64,000 nucleotides of DNA from a virus. Lineage: Duplodnaviria; Caudoviricetes. Under the pieces are notes generated by a model. The model was not told the origin of the DNA and searched no databases. It saw nothing but the letters and a program-made list of their open reading frames with translations. Shown piece by piece: positions 44,334 to 55,450 of the stretch. The stretch spans positions 1 through 64,000 of IMG/VR virus record IMGVR_UViG_3300020161_002395; one strand, given 5' to 3'. How positions within the stretch are numbered: the first letter of the stretch is position 1; each line of letters begins with the position of its first letter. Both the position numbers and the translations under genes were made by a program.

Positions 44334-44882
44334 ATGACAATATTACAATCAATCAATTTAGGTAATTATGCAAATGATGGTACGGGGGATGATCTCCGTA
44401 CCGCTTTTCAAAAGGTAAATGCTAATTTCGATATTCTTAGATATGAAGTTACTGGTGCTACTAACATGGGTAACGGAATTGGTTTATATGCTAGAAAAAA
44501 CGATGTTAATCTTGAATTTAAATCATTAACTAGTAATGATAATAGTATAACAATAACTCAATCAACAAATACTGTAGATTTACATGCAGTTACTAGTTTA
44601 GAAACTGATACTTCACCTATGTTAGGTGGTGATCTTGGATTAAATGGGCATATTATTAAAGCAATTAATGGGGGCGGTATTGAATCTAATATATGGGGGA
44701 TTGATATCCAATTGCTGAATTCAATTGTAGAATTATTAATAGCTTCTGGACCATCAAATATTGATTTAGGTACATTTGAAACACCATTCGGTTATACCAC
44801 TTTATTGCCTAGAGGCACTGACATTGATATGGGTTCGTTTTTAATCCCAAAAATAACTAATATGGATTTTGGTTCATTTTAA
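44334..44882 (+). CDS. virion protein with gp9/gp10-like N-terminus
   Basis: INLGNYANDGTGDDLRTAFQKVNANF. Confidence 0.75.
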   Translation: MTILQSINLGNYANDGTGDDLRTAFQKVNANFDILRYEVTGATNMGNGIGLYARKNDVNLEFKSLTSNDNSITITQSTNTVDLHAVTSLETDTSPMLGGDLGLNGHIIKAINGGGIESNIWGIDIQLLNSIVELLIASGPSNIDLGTFETPFGYTTLLPRGTDIDMGSFLIPKITNMDFGSF

Positions 44883-44911
44883 AGATAAATAATAAAAATA
44901 CTGGAGATAAT

Positions 44912-45148
44912 ATGATTGAAAATCAGGAACCATCTACTAACCTAGAAACAGAAACACCATTAATTTACACATCTAAAGGAAACATTCCGGTGGATTCATT
45001 ACGATATGAGACTAATTGGACTGTTTCGAGTGAGTATATTATGTTTACTGAATCATGGTATCTAGAAGATGAATTAGTTAAGTCAAATTCTCATGCGTAT
45101 GGAGCAAATCCACTCGGTCAGCTTTCATCTGACAATGGCACATTTTAA
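44912..45148 (+). CDS. hypothetical protein
   Basis: GGAG RBS. Confidence 0.6.
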   Translation: MIENQEPSTNLETETPLIYTSKGNIPVDSLRYETNWTVSSEYIMFTESWYLEDELVKSNSHAYGANPLGQLSSDNGTF

Positions 45149-45163
45149 ATTTAAGGAAAACTC

Positions 45164-45622
45164 ATGTCAAATTCACCTGGCTTATGCCAATCATTTAAAA
45201 AAGATTTATTAAACGGCGTTCATGCCTTTTCAGTAGCATCTGGCGGGAAGGTTTCAGCTGATGCTTTTTACGGTGCATTGTATTCTGCAACAGCTAATTT
45301 ATCACCAACTTCTACAACTGCATATACAACACAAGGCGAGGTCAGTGCATCTGGTTCTTATGTTGCGGGTGGAGTAGAACTAACAAATTCAACGGCTCCA
45401 AATGCATCATCAGGTACTGCTTATTGGACTCCATCGGCTAATATTATAATTACATCATTTACTGCATCTAATTTTGATTCTTTATTGATCTATAATAACA
45501 CAGTCACTGGAAAAAATGCAGTAGGTATATTTTCTTTCAATCCACAATCTATAACAGCTGGTACCTTTACATTAACTATGCCAACTAATAGTAATACCAC
45601 AGGGTTAATCCGTATAGCGTGA
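45164..45622 (+). CDS. putative tail/fibre-associated protein
   Basis: SFKKDLLNGVH...TTAYTTQGEVS..YVAGG...LIYN. Confidence 0.6.
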   Translation: MSNSPGLCQSFKKDLLNGVHAFSVASGGKVSADAFYGALYSATANLSPTSTTAYTTQGEVSASGSYVAGGVELTNSTAPNASSGTAYWTPSANIIITSFTASNFDSLLIYNNTVTGKNAVGIFSFNPQSITAGTFTLTMPTNSNTTGLIRIA

Positions 45623-45629
45623 GGTATAT

Positions 45630-45821
45630 ATGATTACTGAACTAGATAATGGATATATAAGTGATAGTTTTGAAATTGAAAAAAATGGTTATAAATTTTC
45701 AGACGCATTAGTTATGTTAAAATCTGAACATGATTCACTAACTGAAGAAGAAATTTCTACATTAAAACAAGCAAGATTCGATAATTGGTATGCAATTATA
45801 ACAGCAATACCTGAAGAATAA
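45630..45821 (+). CDS. hypothetical protein
   Basis: GAGG RBS. Confidence 0.55.
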   Translation: MITELDNGYISDSFEIEKNGYKFSDALVMLKSEHDSLTEEEISTLKQARFDNWYAIITAIPEE

Positions 45822-45840
45822 GTTTAAATTGGAGTAATGA

Positions 45841-48800
45841 ATGGCAACAAGATATTGGGTTAGAGGTACCGGTACATGGGATACAACTTCTACAACTAAC
45901 TGGTCGGCTACAAGTGGTGGCGCAGGTGGTGCTTCTATCCCAACATCTGTAGATGATGTTGTTTTTGATGGCAATTCCAATTCTACAGGTAGTAACTTTG
46001 CATTGAATAGTGCTACATTTAATGCTGGTACTAATACCTCTCAGATACTAACCTCTGCTATTTCCCCTGATGGTATTACAACTGTCAACTGTATTGCTGA
46101 AACTGCTGTTGCTGGCGAGCATTATGCATTGGATAGAAGTATTGCTGTTACTGCTGGCACTGTTTATACTTGGTCATTTTATGCTAAAGCATATACGGGT
46201 ACAGCAAGGAAAGCATATGTTCGTATAGCAACTGCCGCAACAGCATCTTTTAGTGTTGATTTAACAACAGGAATTGGTTCTGGTTCTGGTACTAATTACA
46301 TATCATCTGGTTCACAATTATTAGCCAATGGGTGGGTTAGATGTTGGGTAACATTCGTTGCTGCTTCTACTGGTAATATCGTAGCAAGAGCGCAATTTGT
46401 TAGGGCAAGTGATAATTTATCAATATATACTGGCGAAACAACTGCAGGGATGTATTTGTGGGGCGCACAGTTTGAAAAAGGATTTACTGCCACTGGATAT
46501 GTACCAACATCAGGAATTGCGGTTAATACTGAAAATAACTTATTAACTTATAGTCAACAATTTGATAACGCAGCATGGAATAAAACAAGTGTTAGTATCA
46601 GTTATAATTTGACGTTATATTCTCAACAATTCTCAAATTCATACTGGGATAAAGCGGGTGGATTGGTTTCTGTTATTGATAATTTTACCACCGCACCAGA
46701 TGGAACAAGTACTGCTACAAAGTGGACTGAAACCGCCGGAACTGGGTCTCATCACATTCATGATACTGCTGGTTCATACACACCAGTAGTCGGACAATCA
46801 TACACAATGTCTTGTTATTTAAAACAGACAGAAACGGCACCTGACCGTTATGTACAAATGGTGTTCTGGTCTGGTGGATTTGGCTTAACATCATATGCCA
46901 ACTTTGACATGTTATTAGGAACGGTAACATTTCAAGGAGCAGGGTTATCACGAACACCTACTATTACTTCGGTTGGAAGTGGTTGGTATCGATTAACAAT
47001 TACTGCCCCTGCAACTGCAGCTGTTGCAAGTGGATGGCAGGTAGCTTTTATATCAAGTGGAACATCAGTTCGTGCTGAATCATATACTGTAGCAATTGGA
47101 AATGAAGAATCTTATTATATATGGGGAGCGCAAGTTAATGTAGGAATAACTGCAGAAACATATACTGCAACTACGACTACATCCCTGCCAATAAAAGTCA
47201 CAAGTCCGTCTGGATTAGCAACTTCCGAAAAATTAATTGAGAATACTTCGACAGGGTGGCATTATATAAGCCCTACAGGTAGTATAAGTTTAACTGCCGG
47301 TCAAACAGTCACATACAGTGTTTATGCAAAAGCAGGTGAACGTACATTTTTACAATTAATTCAAACAGGTGTTGGGCCAGGTACTATAAATTTAGTAGCA
47401 GGTTTTGATTTAGTTAATGGTGTTGTTGGAACACCAAGCGCTGGTACTTCTTCGTCAATGCAAGCAATGGGAAATGGTTGGTATAGATGTATCTTTACAA
47501 CTCCTATTTCAACTTCAAGCACTTCAACAGCTCAAATAAGAATTTCTCAAAACAGCTTAAAAACTCCATCATCTTACACCGGTGATGGTTATTCAGGTAT
47601 CTATATCTGGGGTGCACAACTTGAACAAGGTTATATAGCATCTGGATATGTGCCAACTACAACCGCTGCTATTACACATGCATTAAGTAGTACATCACCA
47701 TTTACAGTATCTATTCTTGGAACATCTGGTGCACCAGTGACTTGTGGAGATTTTTCTGCTAGTAATTTAGACGGTACAATGATTGTAATTACTACATCGA
47801 CATCATATCTTGGAGTTTATGGTAGTTTTACTTTACCGTCTACTAATTTTGCTTGGACTGGTACCCCTAGTGGAACTTTAGCATTCAAATCAACGAGTAT
47901 TGGCAAAACTATTACAACTAATGGAGTTTCTATAACTTCTACATCAGTAACATATGATGGCGTGGGAGGCGAATGGACATTAGGTTCAGCATTCACTTCT
48001 ACTGGTAATACAATGTCGTTGATTAATGGGTCATTAATCACCAACAATTATAATGTTACTTGTGCTAATTTTAACTCGAATAATAGTAATGTAAGAGGTC
48101 TAAACTTAGGATCTTCTATATTCGCTATTCTCACAAACACTACAGGAACTTGGGGATTAGGCACTGCGACAAATATGACATTTAATGCTGGCACATCTAC
48201 TATTGTGATGTCAGGGTCTAATCAGACATTTAATGGTGGTGGGTTTACGTACAATAATGTATCTTGGACTAATACATCTGCAAGTCAAGCAATGGTTATT
48301 AATGGAGTTAACACTTATAATAATCTAACTTTTGCATCGGCATCCGCAACCAGTAGAACTTCAATTCAATTCGGTAATAACCAAATTATCAATGGCACGT
48401 TGACATTTGGATCATTAAATACGCCAATTAGACGTATGCGGGTTAGAAGCACCGTTACAAATACTGCTATTAATTTAACAGTTGCAACAGTTGCAACTTT
48501 ATCTGATGTAGATTTTCAGGATGTTAATATACTTGGGACATCTGCACCATGGTCAGGAACTAGATTAGGTGATGGTGGTCATACTTCTGGTGTAAATTTT
48601 ACTACTGCAAAAACAGTTTATTGGAATTTGGCAGCAGGTGGATCATGGCAATCAACCGCATGGGCAACAACTCCATCCGGAACACCTGATGCAAATAATT
48701 TTCCATTGATGCAAGATACCGCAATTATTGCAAATACTGGATTGGATTCTGGTGCTACCATATCTTCTGGTACAAGCTGGCAAATGGGCACCGTTGATAT

Positions 48801-50706
48801 GTCATCAAGATCTTTACCAATGACATTTAGTATTGGTGGGACTGGTATTACAATCTATGGTGATCTTAGATTAAGTTCTGCGGTAACAACCGCTGCTACC
48901 ACAGGGATTATATATTTCGGTAAATATGCTGAAACTAATAATATATCATTGGGTGGTTCTTCTATTGCTTCTGAAGTTCAATTTGTTGGCGGGAATGCGA
49001 CTTATAACATCTTAGATAATTTTATCACTACTTCTACAGTAGGAACAACTCTCACAGCTGGTTCACTTAATTTAACAAATAATACTTTAACTACTGTTGC
49101 TTTTAATAGTTCAAATAGTAATACCAGAGCAATTAATTTTGGTACTGGTAAAATTGTTTGTCCATTTGTTGCATCCAGTACAGCAACAACTGTTGTTTGG
49201 GATACAAGTACATCAACTAATCTTACCTATACCGGAACACCATTACTTGAATTAACAGGTAATTCTACACAAGGTACAAGACAAATCAAATTAGCCCCAT
49301 CCCCCGCTTTATCACTTAATTTAAATGTAACTACCGGTTCTGATTTAATAGGAATAGCAACAACAGGTGGATATCTTGGCTATTGTAATTTCACAGGATT
49401 TTCTGGGGCTGTAACTTTTCAAAACAGTATAGGTATTAATGGTGATTTTACTTTATCACCAACAATGACAACTATTGGTTCTGTAACTGCATCAGTAACA
49501 TTTAATGCAACATCTGGCTCTTACAATATAACAACATTTGGAAAAACAATAGATTCTTCTGTTTATTTTGGCACTACCGTTGGAACTTCAACATTTAATT
49601 TAATTGATTCTTTAACTGTTGGTACTACTAGAACAACATCACTTGGGTCTGGTACATTAAATTTAAATAATAACACAATAACAACTGGAATATTTACATC
49701 ATCTAATAGTAATACCAGAGCAATATTATTTGGAACCGGTTCTATTATTGTAACCGGAAATGCTACTACGGTATGGACCACTACAACTGGGACAAATTTA
49801 TCAATGTCCGGTTCCAGAACTGTTAATTTTTCTTACGAAGGTTTAACCGGTTTCAGAACTATTTCTGGCCCAAATTCCACGACCGCCACAGAATATAATG
49901 TGGTAGATTGGAACATTATTTCTGGTAGTGATGTATTAATTTTAGGTGGAACTAGATGTAGAAATTTAGATTTTACTGGGTTTTCTGGGTCATTGAATAC
50001 TACCAGTATACAAATATTTGGTTCGTTGACATTATCAGCAACTATGACTCCACCATCTAGTTCTTCTGTTCTTCAGATTGGTGGTACAGTAATGCAATCT
50101 AATATAACAACGAATGGAGTAACCCTTGATTGTCCAGTTTTATTTAATGGTACTACTACTGTTAAATTATTAGATGCATTAACCATTGGGTCAACAAGAA
50201 CATTGACAGTTACATCTGGAACAATAGATACTAATAATAAATCATTAACAACTGGGTCATTAATTACGACTGGTACTACAAATAGAAATATTATAATTGG
50301 TACTAATACATTAACATTGACTGGTGCAGGCACTGTATTTGATCCTGGAACCGGCTCAAATTTGACAATATCTGGTGATTATATAATCTCAACAACATCA
50401 TCAGCTGCTAAAACATTTTCTGGGGGTGGATTAACATATCCAACGTTAAACCAAGGTGGTACTGGTGCATTGACAATTACTGGTGATAATACATTTAGTA
50501 ATATTACAAACACTGTTCAACCTACTACAGTTACATTTACATCTAATTCCACTAATAGTTTTAATGATTTTAAGTTATCAGGAACTAATGGGAATTTAGT
50601 AACTATTAATAGTTCAATAGCTGGCACCGCAGCTACCTTGAGATATTTAGGTAGCAATATTGTTATCTGTTCGTACTTAAACATAAAGGATTCTAACGCA
50701 ATATGA
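45841..50706 (+). CDS. Large virion adhesin/fibre with three carbohydrate-binding-like modules and beta-helix repeats
   Basis: Three modules with GW(Y/V)R and Y.WGAQ motifs; T/G-rich repeats SSNSNTRAI.FGTG. Confidence 0.75.
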   Translation: MATRYWVRGTGTWDTTSTTNWSATSGGAGGASIPTSVDDVVFDGNSNSTGSNFALNSATFNAGTNTSQILTSAISPDGITTVNCIAETAVAGEHYALDRSIAVTAGTVYTWSFYAKAYTGTARKAYVRIATAATASFSVDLTTGIGSGSGTNYISSGSQLLANGWVRCWVTFVAASTGNIVARAQFVRASDNLSIYTGETTAGMYLWGAQFEKGFTATGYVPTSGIAVNTENNLLTYSQQFDNAAWNKTSVSISYNLTLYSQQFSNSYWDKAGGLVSVIDNFTTAPDGTSTATKWTETAGTGSHHIHDTAGSYTPVVGQSYTMSCYLKQTETAPDRYVQMVFWSGGFGLTSYANFDMLLGTVTFQGAGLSRTPTITSVGSGWYRLTITAPATAAVASGWQVAFISSGTSVRAESYTVAIGNEESYYIWGAQVNVGITAETYTATTTTSLPIKVTSPSGLATSEKLIENTSTGWHYISPTGSISLTAGQTVTYSVYAKAGERTFLQLIQTGVGPGTINLVAGFDLVNGVVGTPSAGTSSSMQAMGNGWYRCIFTTPISTSSTSTAQIRISQNSLKTPSSYTGDGYSGIYIWGAQLEQGYIASGYVPTTTAAITHALSSTSPFTVSILGTSGAPVTCGDFSASNLDGTMIVITTSTSYLGVYGSFTLPSTNFAWTGTPSGTLAFKSTSIGKTITTNGVSITSTSVTYDGVGGEWTLGSAFTSTGNTMSLINGSLITNNYNVTCANFNSNNSNVRGLNLGSSIFAILTNTTGTWGLGTATNMTFNAGTSTIVMSGSNQTFNGGGFTYNNVSWTNTSASQAMVINGVNTYNNLTFASASATSRTSIQFGNNQIINGTLTFGSLNTPIRRMRVRSTVTNTAINLTVATVATLSDVDFQDVNILGTSAPWSGTRLGDGGHTSGVNFTTAKTVYWNLAAGGSWQSTAWATTPSGTPDANNFPLMQDTAIIANTGLDSGATISSGTSWQMGTVDMSSRSLPMTFSIGGTGITIYGDLRLSSAVTTAATTGIIYFGKYAETNNISLGGSSIASEVQFVGGNATYNILDNFITTSTVGTTLTAGSLNLTNNTLTTVAFNSSNSNTRAINFGTGKIVCPFVASSTATTVVWDTSTSTNLTYTGTPLLELTGNSTQGTRQIKLAPSPALSLNLNVTTGSDLIGIATTGGYLGYCNFTGFSGAVTFQNSIGINGDFTLSPTMTTIGSVTASVTFNATSGSYNITTFGKTIDSSVYFGTTVGTSTFNLIDSLTVGTTRTTSLGSGTLNLNNNTITTGIFTSSNSNTRAILFGTGSIIVTGNATTVWTTTTGTNLSMSGSRTVNFSYEGLTGFRTISGPNSTTATEYNVVDWNIISGSDVLILGGTRCRNLDFTGFSGSLNTTSIQIFGSLTLSATMTPPSSSSVLQIGGTVMQSNITTNGVTLDCPVLFNGTTTVKLLDALTIGSTRTLTVTSGTIDTNNKSLTTGSLITTGTTNRNIIIGTNTLTLTGAGTVFDPGTGSNLTISGDYIISTTSSAAKTFSGGGLTYPTLNQGGTGALTITGDNTFSNITNTVQPTTVTFTSNSTNSFNDFKLSGTNGNLVTINSSIAGTAATLRYLGSNIVICSYLNIKDSNAI

Positions 50707-53700
50707 CAACATGGTTTGCTAGTACTACATCTATAAATTCTGGTAACAACACCGGGTGGAGTTTCACTGATGCTGCAACTGACTCGTTAATTGGTAAAGT
50801 GTTGACTACCGTTCAACAACCATTATCAGCTAATATATCTATAGAATTATCTGGTGCTTATACGACAGCTACTTTGAATTCGATTGAATTGAATGAAGTG
50901 GTTGAAGATATTGCATTATCTAGTCAAATATTAACTAGTACTATTGGAACAATAACATTTGAAATATCGTCAATTTTAACTGGGATATCTTCCACATTAT
51001 CCGCTAGTAGCCAATTAGAAACCATAGTAGGAATGCCATTAACTGGTAAAGAAATAATCACTAGGAATGGAGTGATGTCACCTAGTATGACTGTTAACAG
51101 ATCACTTGATAGTCAACAATCTATTACTAATTATGGGCTATTTGACACTAGAATAACCGTTGGTACATCTGGACATCAATTTAACACAGAATCCGGTATT
51201 ATCATTGCATCTGATGTTATAAAATTTTGGAGTGTAGAATCAAATTACTCATTGGGTACATTTTATGAGCGAGAGTTGATAAGTCTTCAATTGCCTGTCG
51301 TGAAATTCGAAGGGATTACGTATACTCTTATTGCTGGTGAATTACCACCAGGTATTCGACTAAAAGATTCAATGTTAGTTGGAACACCATATGAAGTTCC
51401 AAGACTTACTACATTTAAATTTTGTATTAGAGCAAGTATATTTTCTGTAATTTCTGATAGAACATTTACAATTACAATAGACGGGGCAGATGCTCCAACA
51501 TTTACAACGGCAAGTGGATTTTTAGATATTGGGCTATATCATCAACTTTTTGTATTAGATAGTACATATGTTGATTATCAAATTGAAGCATATGATAATG
51601 ATACTGCAACTGGTCAGAAATTAAGTTATTTTATAGCAGATAATGAAGGAGTATTACCACCTGGCCTAACTTTAACAACTGATGGTAGATTGGTTGGTTT
51701 TGTTGAACCTACTTTATCTATAAAACCAGAAGATGGCACTGGCTGGTATGATAATGGTGTTTACGATATAATTGCATATGATTTTGGGTATAGGCCAACA
51801 AATGGATATGATAGTTATATCTTCGATATACCAAATTATGATTATAGTTTACCTTCTAGTACTCCAAAAAAATTAAATAGAAATTATGAATTTACAGTCA
51901 CTATTACAGATGGTGATTCAATAGCAAAACGTACTTTTAAGATTTTTGTAGTAGGAGACGATTATTTTAGGGCAGATAATAACACATTATTAGACAATAC
52001 TGGCTTATTTACTGCTGATGTGACTTATTTAAGATCTCCTATTTGGGTTACAAAAAGCGATTTAGGAACATTTCGTGCTAATAATTATATAGTCATATTT
52101 TTAGATACTTATAATAGAATTAATGGTACGCCAGTGAGCTATACATTTGTAGATGCACATGCATCATGGATACCACTACATGTATATACTGTAAATGATT
52201 TAATTCTAATCAATGGTAAACAATTTATTTGTATAAAAAATCATATATCAGGAGAAACAATCGATATTACTAGTTGGGCTTCATATGGATTACCACCTGG
52301 TATGAAGTTTGATTACAGTACAGCTGATATATATGGACGAGTTCCTTATCAACCTGCCATAACAGAAACATATAGATTTACTATCACCGCAACAACATTT
52401 GATGATTCAGGTGAGGAAGATGCATCAGCTACTAGAACATTTACACTTAAACTAATTGGTGAAATAGACAGTGTTTTAACATGGATAACACCAACAAATC
52501 TAGGGTCTATAAATGCCAACTGTATATCAACACTAAAAGTAGAAGCATCAAGCAATGTCACTAATGCAATTGTATTGTATACAATAGAAGATGGATCGTT
52601 ACCTAACGGATTATCATTAACATTAGATGGTGAGATTGTTGGTACGGTGACACAATTTACAAATGATATTAATTTAAAAGGTCTTACAAATTTTGACCAT
52701 ACTAAACTTGATACAGTATTTGATGGTGGTGCTACAACGTTTGATAGATCATTGATTAACAATGTTAATTTAAAAGGTCTTACAATTTTTGATTATATTA
52801 AAAATGATACATTATTTGATGGTGGAACTACAACATATGATAGAATATCAACAGTCACTATTAAAGCTCGTGATATATATGCGTTTTCCGAAATTAGTAG
52901 AACCTTTACTATATTTGTTGATACACCATATCAGATTAATTATAGTAATATAAAAGTTAAACCATTATTAAAAATGTCACAGCGTGATTCATGGAAATTA
53001 TTTATAAATGATACTAGTATTTTTACACCTAATAGTATATATAGATTAAATGACACAAACTTTGGTGTTCAAACTGATCTTTCTATGATGATATATGCAG
53101 GAATTGAATCAAAAGATACTGAAACATATATAAGTGCAATGGGTCTTAACCATAAAAGAAAAAGATTTCAATTTGGTACTATTAAAAAAGCAACTGCAAT
53201 CGATACTGTTACCAAAAATAAAGTTTATGAAGTTGTATATATTGAAATGATAGACCCATTGGAACCAAATAATAAAAGATTACCTAATAAAATATCTGGT
53301 GGGCAAGAAACACCAGATATTACAACTGACAATAGTTTATCATTTTGGGACATGACATTGGATCAACTCAATAGTACTGATCCTGACTCGACTAGACCTA
53401 ATTATATTATCAGTGCCGATAGTACTGGGTATCAATCTTCTAACTCTAATCCAACTATATATTACCCTAATAGTGTTAGTAATTGGAGAGATAGATTAAA
53501 AAACTGGAGTGATATAGATCCATTTGATCCGTCTAAGACTATTTCATTTGCATCAGAACGCAATTATCTACCATTATGGATGAGAAGCATACAACCTGGA
53601 ACAAAAACGGAGTTAGGGTTTACATTAGCAGTGCCATTATGTTATTGCAAAATAGGAATGGGTGATGATATTATGTTAAACATAAAACATAGTAATTTTG

Positions 53701-53807
53701 ATTTCAAACTTTTAGATTATACAGTTGACAGATATATAATTGATTCAGTTGATGGTAGTAAAAACGATAAATATTTAATATTTAGAAACGATAGGATAAC
53801 AATATGA
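50703..53807 (+). CDS. Virion protein with Ig-like (putative Ig/cadherin) repeats
   Basis: Repeated GxLPPGL(T/S)L...G modules; YLPLWMRSIQ. Confidence 0.75.
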   Translation: MTTWFASTTSINSGNNTGWSFTDAATDSLIGKVLTTVQQPLSANISIELSGAYTTATLNSIELNEVVEDIALSSQILTSTIGTITFEISSILTGISSTLSASSQLETIVGMPLTGKEIITRNGVMSPSMTVNRSLDSQQSITNYGLFDTRITVGTSGHQFNTESGIIIASDVIKFWSVESNYSLGTFYERELISLQLPVVKFEGITYTLIAGELPPGIRLKDSMLVGTPYEVPRLTTFKFCIRASIFSVISDRTFTITIDGADAPTFTTASGFLDIGLYHQLFVLDSTYVDYQIEAYDNDTATGQKLSYFIADNEGVLPPGLTLTTDGRLVGFVEPTLSIKPEDGTGWYDNGVYDIIAYDFGYRPTNGYDSYIFDIPNYDYSLPSSTPKKLNRNYEFTVTITDGDSIAKRTFKIFVVGDDYFRADNNTLLDNTGLFTADVTYLRSPIWVTKSDLGTFRANNYIVIFLDTYNRINGTPVSYTFVDAHASWIPLHVYTVNDLILINGKQFICIKNHISGETIDITSWASYGLPPGMKFDYSTADIYGRVPYQPAITETYRFTITATTFDDSGEEDASATRTFTLKLIGEIDSVLTWITPTNLGSINANCISTLKVEASSNVTNAIVLYTIEDGSLPNGLSLTLDGEIVGTVTQFTNDINLKGLTNFDHTKLDTVFDGGATTFDRSLINNVNLKGLTIFDYIKNDTLFDGGTTTYDRISTVTIKARDIYAFSEISRTFTIFVDTPYQINYSNIKVKPLLKMSQRDSWKLFINDTSIFTPNSIYRLNDTNFGVQTDLSMMIYAGIESKDTETYISAMGLNHKRKRFQFGTIKKATAIDTVTKNKVYEVVYIEMIDPLEPNNKRLPNKISGGQETPDITTDNSLSFWDMTLDQLNSTDPDSTRPNYIISADSTGYQSSNSNPTIYYPNSVSNWRDRLKNWSDIDPFDPSKTISFASERNYLPLWMRSIQPGTKTELGFTLAVPLCYCKIGMGDDIMLNIKHSNFDFKLLDYTVDRYIIDSVDGSKNDKYLIFRNDRITI
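52666..52846 (+). repeat. in-frame tandem duplication, 96-bp period
   Basis: NLKGLT.FD....DT.FDGG.TT.DR occurs twice. Confidence 0.75.
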
Positions 53808-54379
53808 GTAGTAATATAAACTTTTCATCAATTGATGAAGCTTTCCCAGTAGCAGGACAAGATAATAATACACAAGGATTTCGTGATAACTTCAATGCTA
53901 TTAAAATAGCATTAGAAAGTGCTAAATCTGAAATTTCAGATTTACAAACTTATTCAGTATTAAAAGCAAATTTAAGTGACAATTCAGTAGTCATTAACGA
54001 TTTGTTAGGCAGTACTGTTAGTAATGCAGTATATAATAAATTTTACGGTGCAGTTCATACTGAGACTGTAGCATCATTAACTGATATTGATTTAAATAAT
54101 GGGCCATTTCAAAAATTTACATTGACAGGAAATGCAACATTGCGGTTTAACAACTGGGCTGCATTGAATGAATATGGAATTGTTAGAATTCATCTTAAAA
54201 GTGATGGTAATGGTACTAGAACACCTACCCTGACCACTGTAAATGCAGGGACTATGGCGTTTGAATCATCATTCCCAAACCCGTTTACTCTTAATACAAA
54301 TGGTAAACATAAAGTAATTGAAGCATGGAGTTATGATCACGGTACTAATGTTTATATCAGATACTTGGGTGAGTATTAA
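53804..54379 (+). CDS. putative virion protein
   Basis: IDEAFPVAGQDNNTQGFRDNF N-terminus. Confidence 0.65.
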   Translation: MSSNINFSSIDEAFPVAGQDNNTQGFRDNFNAIKIALESAKSEISDLQTYSVLKANLSDNSVVINDLLGSTVSNAVYNKFYGAVHTETVASLTDIDLNNGPFQKFTLTGNATLRFNNWAALNEYGIVRIHLKSDGNGTRTPTLTTVNAGTMAFESSFPNPFTLNTNGKHKVIEAWSYDHGTNVYIRYLGEY

Positions 54380-54609
54380 TGCATCCATTGATTAATAATC
54401 TTTCAGAAATGAAAGATGCTGAAATTGAAGCTAAAATCGCTGACTTAAGTAAAAAGTACTTTATGACTCAAAATTTTGGGGTACAACAACAAATTTCAGT
54501 AGTATTAGAAACGTATAAAGAAGAAATTTCCAACCGTCGCCGTGATGAATGGCAACGCATGGTGGAAAATAGAGACAAAGGACTTGACAAACTTATCAAT
54601 ATCAATTAA
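54379..54609 (+). CDS. hypothetical protein
   Basis: Translationally coupled ORF. Confidence 0.6.
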   Translation: MHPLINNLSEMKDAEIEAKIADLSKKYFMTQNFGVQQQISVVLETYKEEISNRRRDEWQRMVENRDKGLDKLININ

Positions 54610-54618
54610 AATGCATAT

Positions 54619-55128
54619 ATGCGATTAGATAAGTTTAACAACCCAATTTTTAATGAAACCGATGTTTTCAATATCCTTTACCAAGGAAATACATCGGTTT
54701 TACCTCATTTAACAGTCGATATTAATAGAGAGTTAGTAAATCTAGAAAATATTGCCGACCTTCAGTTTAAAAATTTACCAGAATATGAACAGCTCACGTC
54801 AATAGCAGAGTTTGACAATCAATGCCAACACCAGTGGTTTATACCCGATGAATATACAAAGATTGATATACAAGAATATTGTCTATCTAAATGCAACTCG
54901 TCGGACGAAAAAACCCGAGTACTTGATGAACTTGCAGAATTTAATAGATTAGGCATGATGAAATTACTTCAATGGTGTAAATATTTCGTTGATACCTGCA
55001 CTGAAAATAATATAGTATGGGGTGTGGGACGTGGTTCTAGTGTGGCTAGTTATGTTTTATATTTAATTGGTATACATAGGATTAATTCTATTAAATATAA
55101 GTTAGATTGGAAAGAATTCTTAAGATAA
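54619..55128 (+). CDS. stand-alone DNA polymerase III alpha (DnaE)-like fragment
   Basis: RVLDEL...WGVGRGSSVASYVLYLIGIHRINSIKYKL resembles DnaE GPGRGSAAGSLVAY.LGIT.IDP. Confidence 0.75.
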   Translation: MRLDKFNNPIFNETDVFNILYQGNTSVLPHLTVDINRELVNLENIADLQFKNLPEYEQLTSIAEFDNQCQHQWFIPDEYTKIDIQEYCLSKCNSSDEKTRVLDELAEFNRLGMMKLLQWCKYFVDTCTENNIVWGVGRGSSVASYVLYLIGIHRINSIKYKLDWKEFLR

Positions 55129-55138
55129 GGAGATAACA

Positions 55139-55450
55139 ATGAAAGAACAACAACGAGTAGTTTATCGTTCAATGCAAGGAAGAGAAGTTGATATGAATAA
55201 ACTAATGAATCAAAATGAATTAACTGTTGCAGTAGGTAATGTAAAAGTTAATGCCAGAGGTGATGAATTAGGTCCAGGTGGTAGAATTATTTCTAAAATT
55301 GAAGAGGTAGTAATGCCAAGTCAACACATTCAAGATGAAATAATTAATAAACAGCAACAAGTTGTACAACAATCGTTGCCAAAAGAACAACCAGCAAAAG
55401 CATCAAAAATTAAAGATGTATCGAATATGGACCCAGAAGGAAACGAATGA
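55139..55450 (+). CDS. hypothetical protein
   Basis: AVGNVKVNARGDELGPGG. Confidence 0.65.
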   Translation: MKEQQRVVYRSMQGREVDMNKLMNQNELTVAVGNVKVNARGDELGPGGRIISKIEEVVMPSQHIQDEIINKQQQVVQQSLPKEQPAKASKIKDVSNMDPEGNE

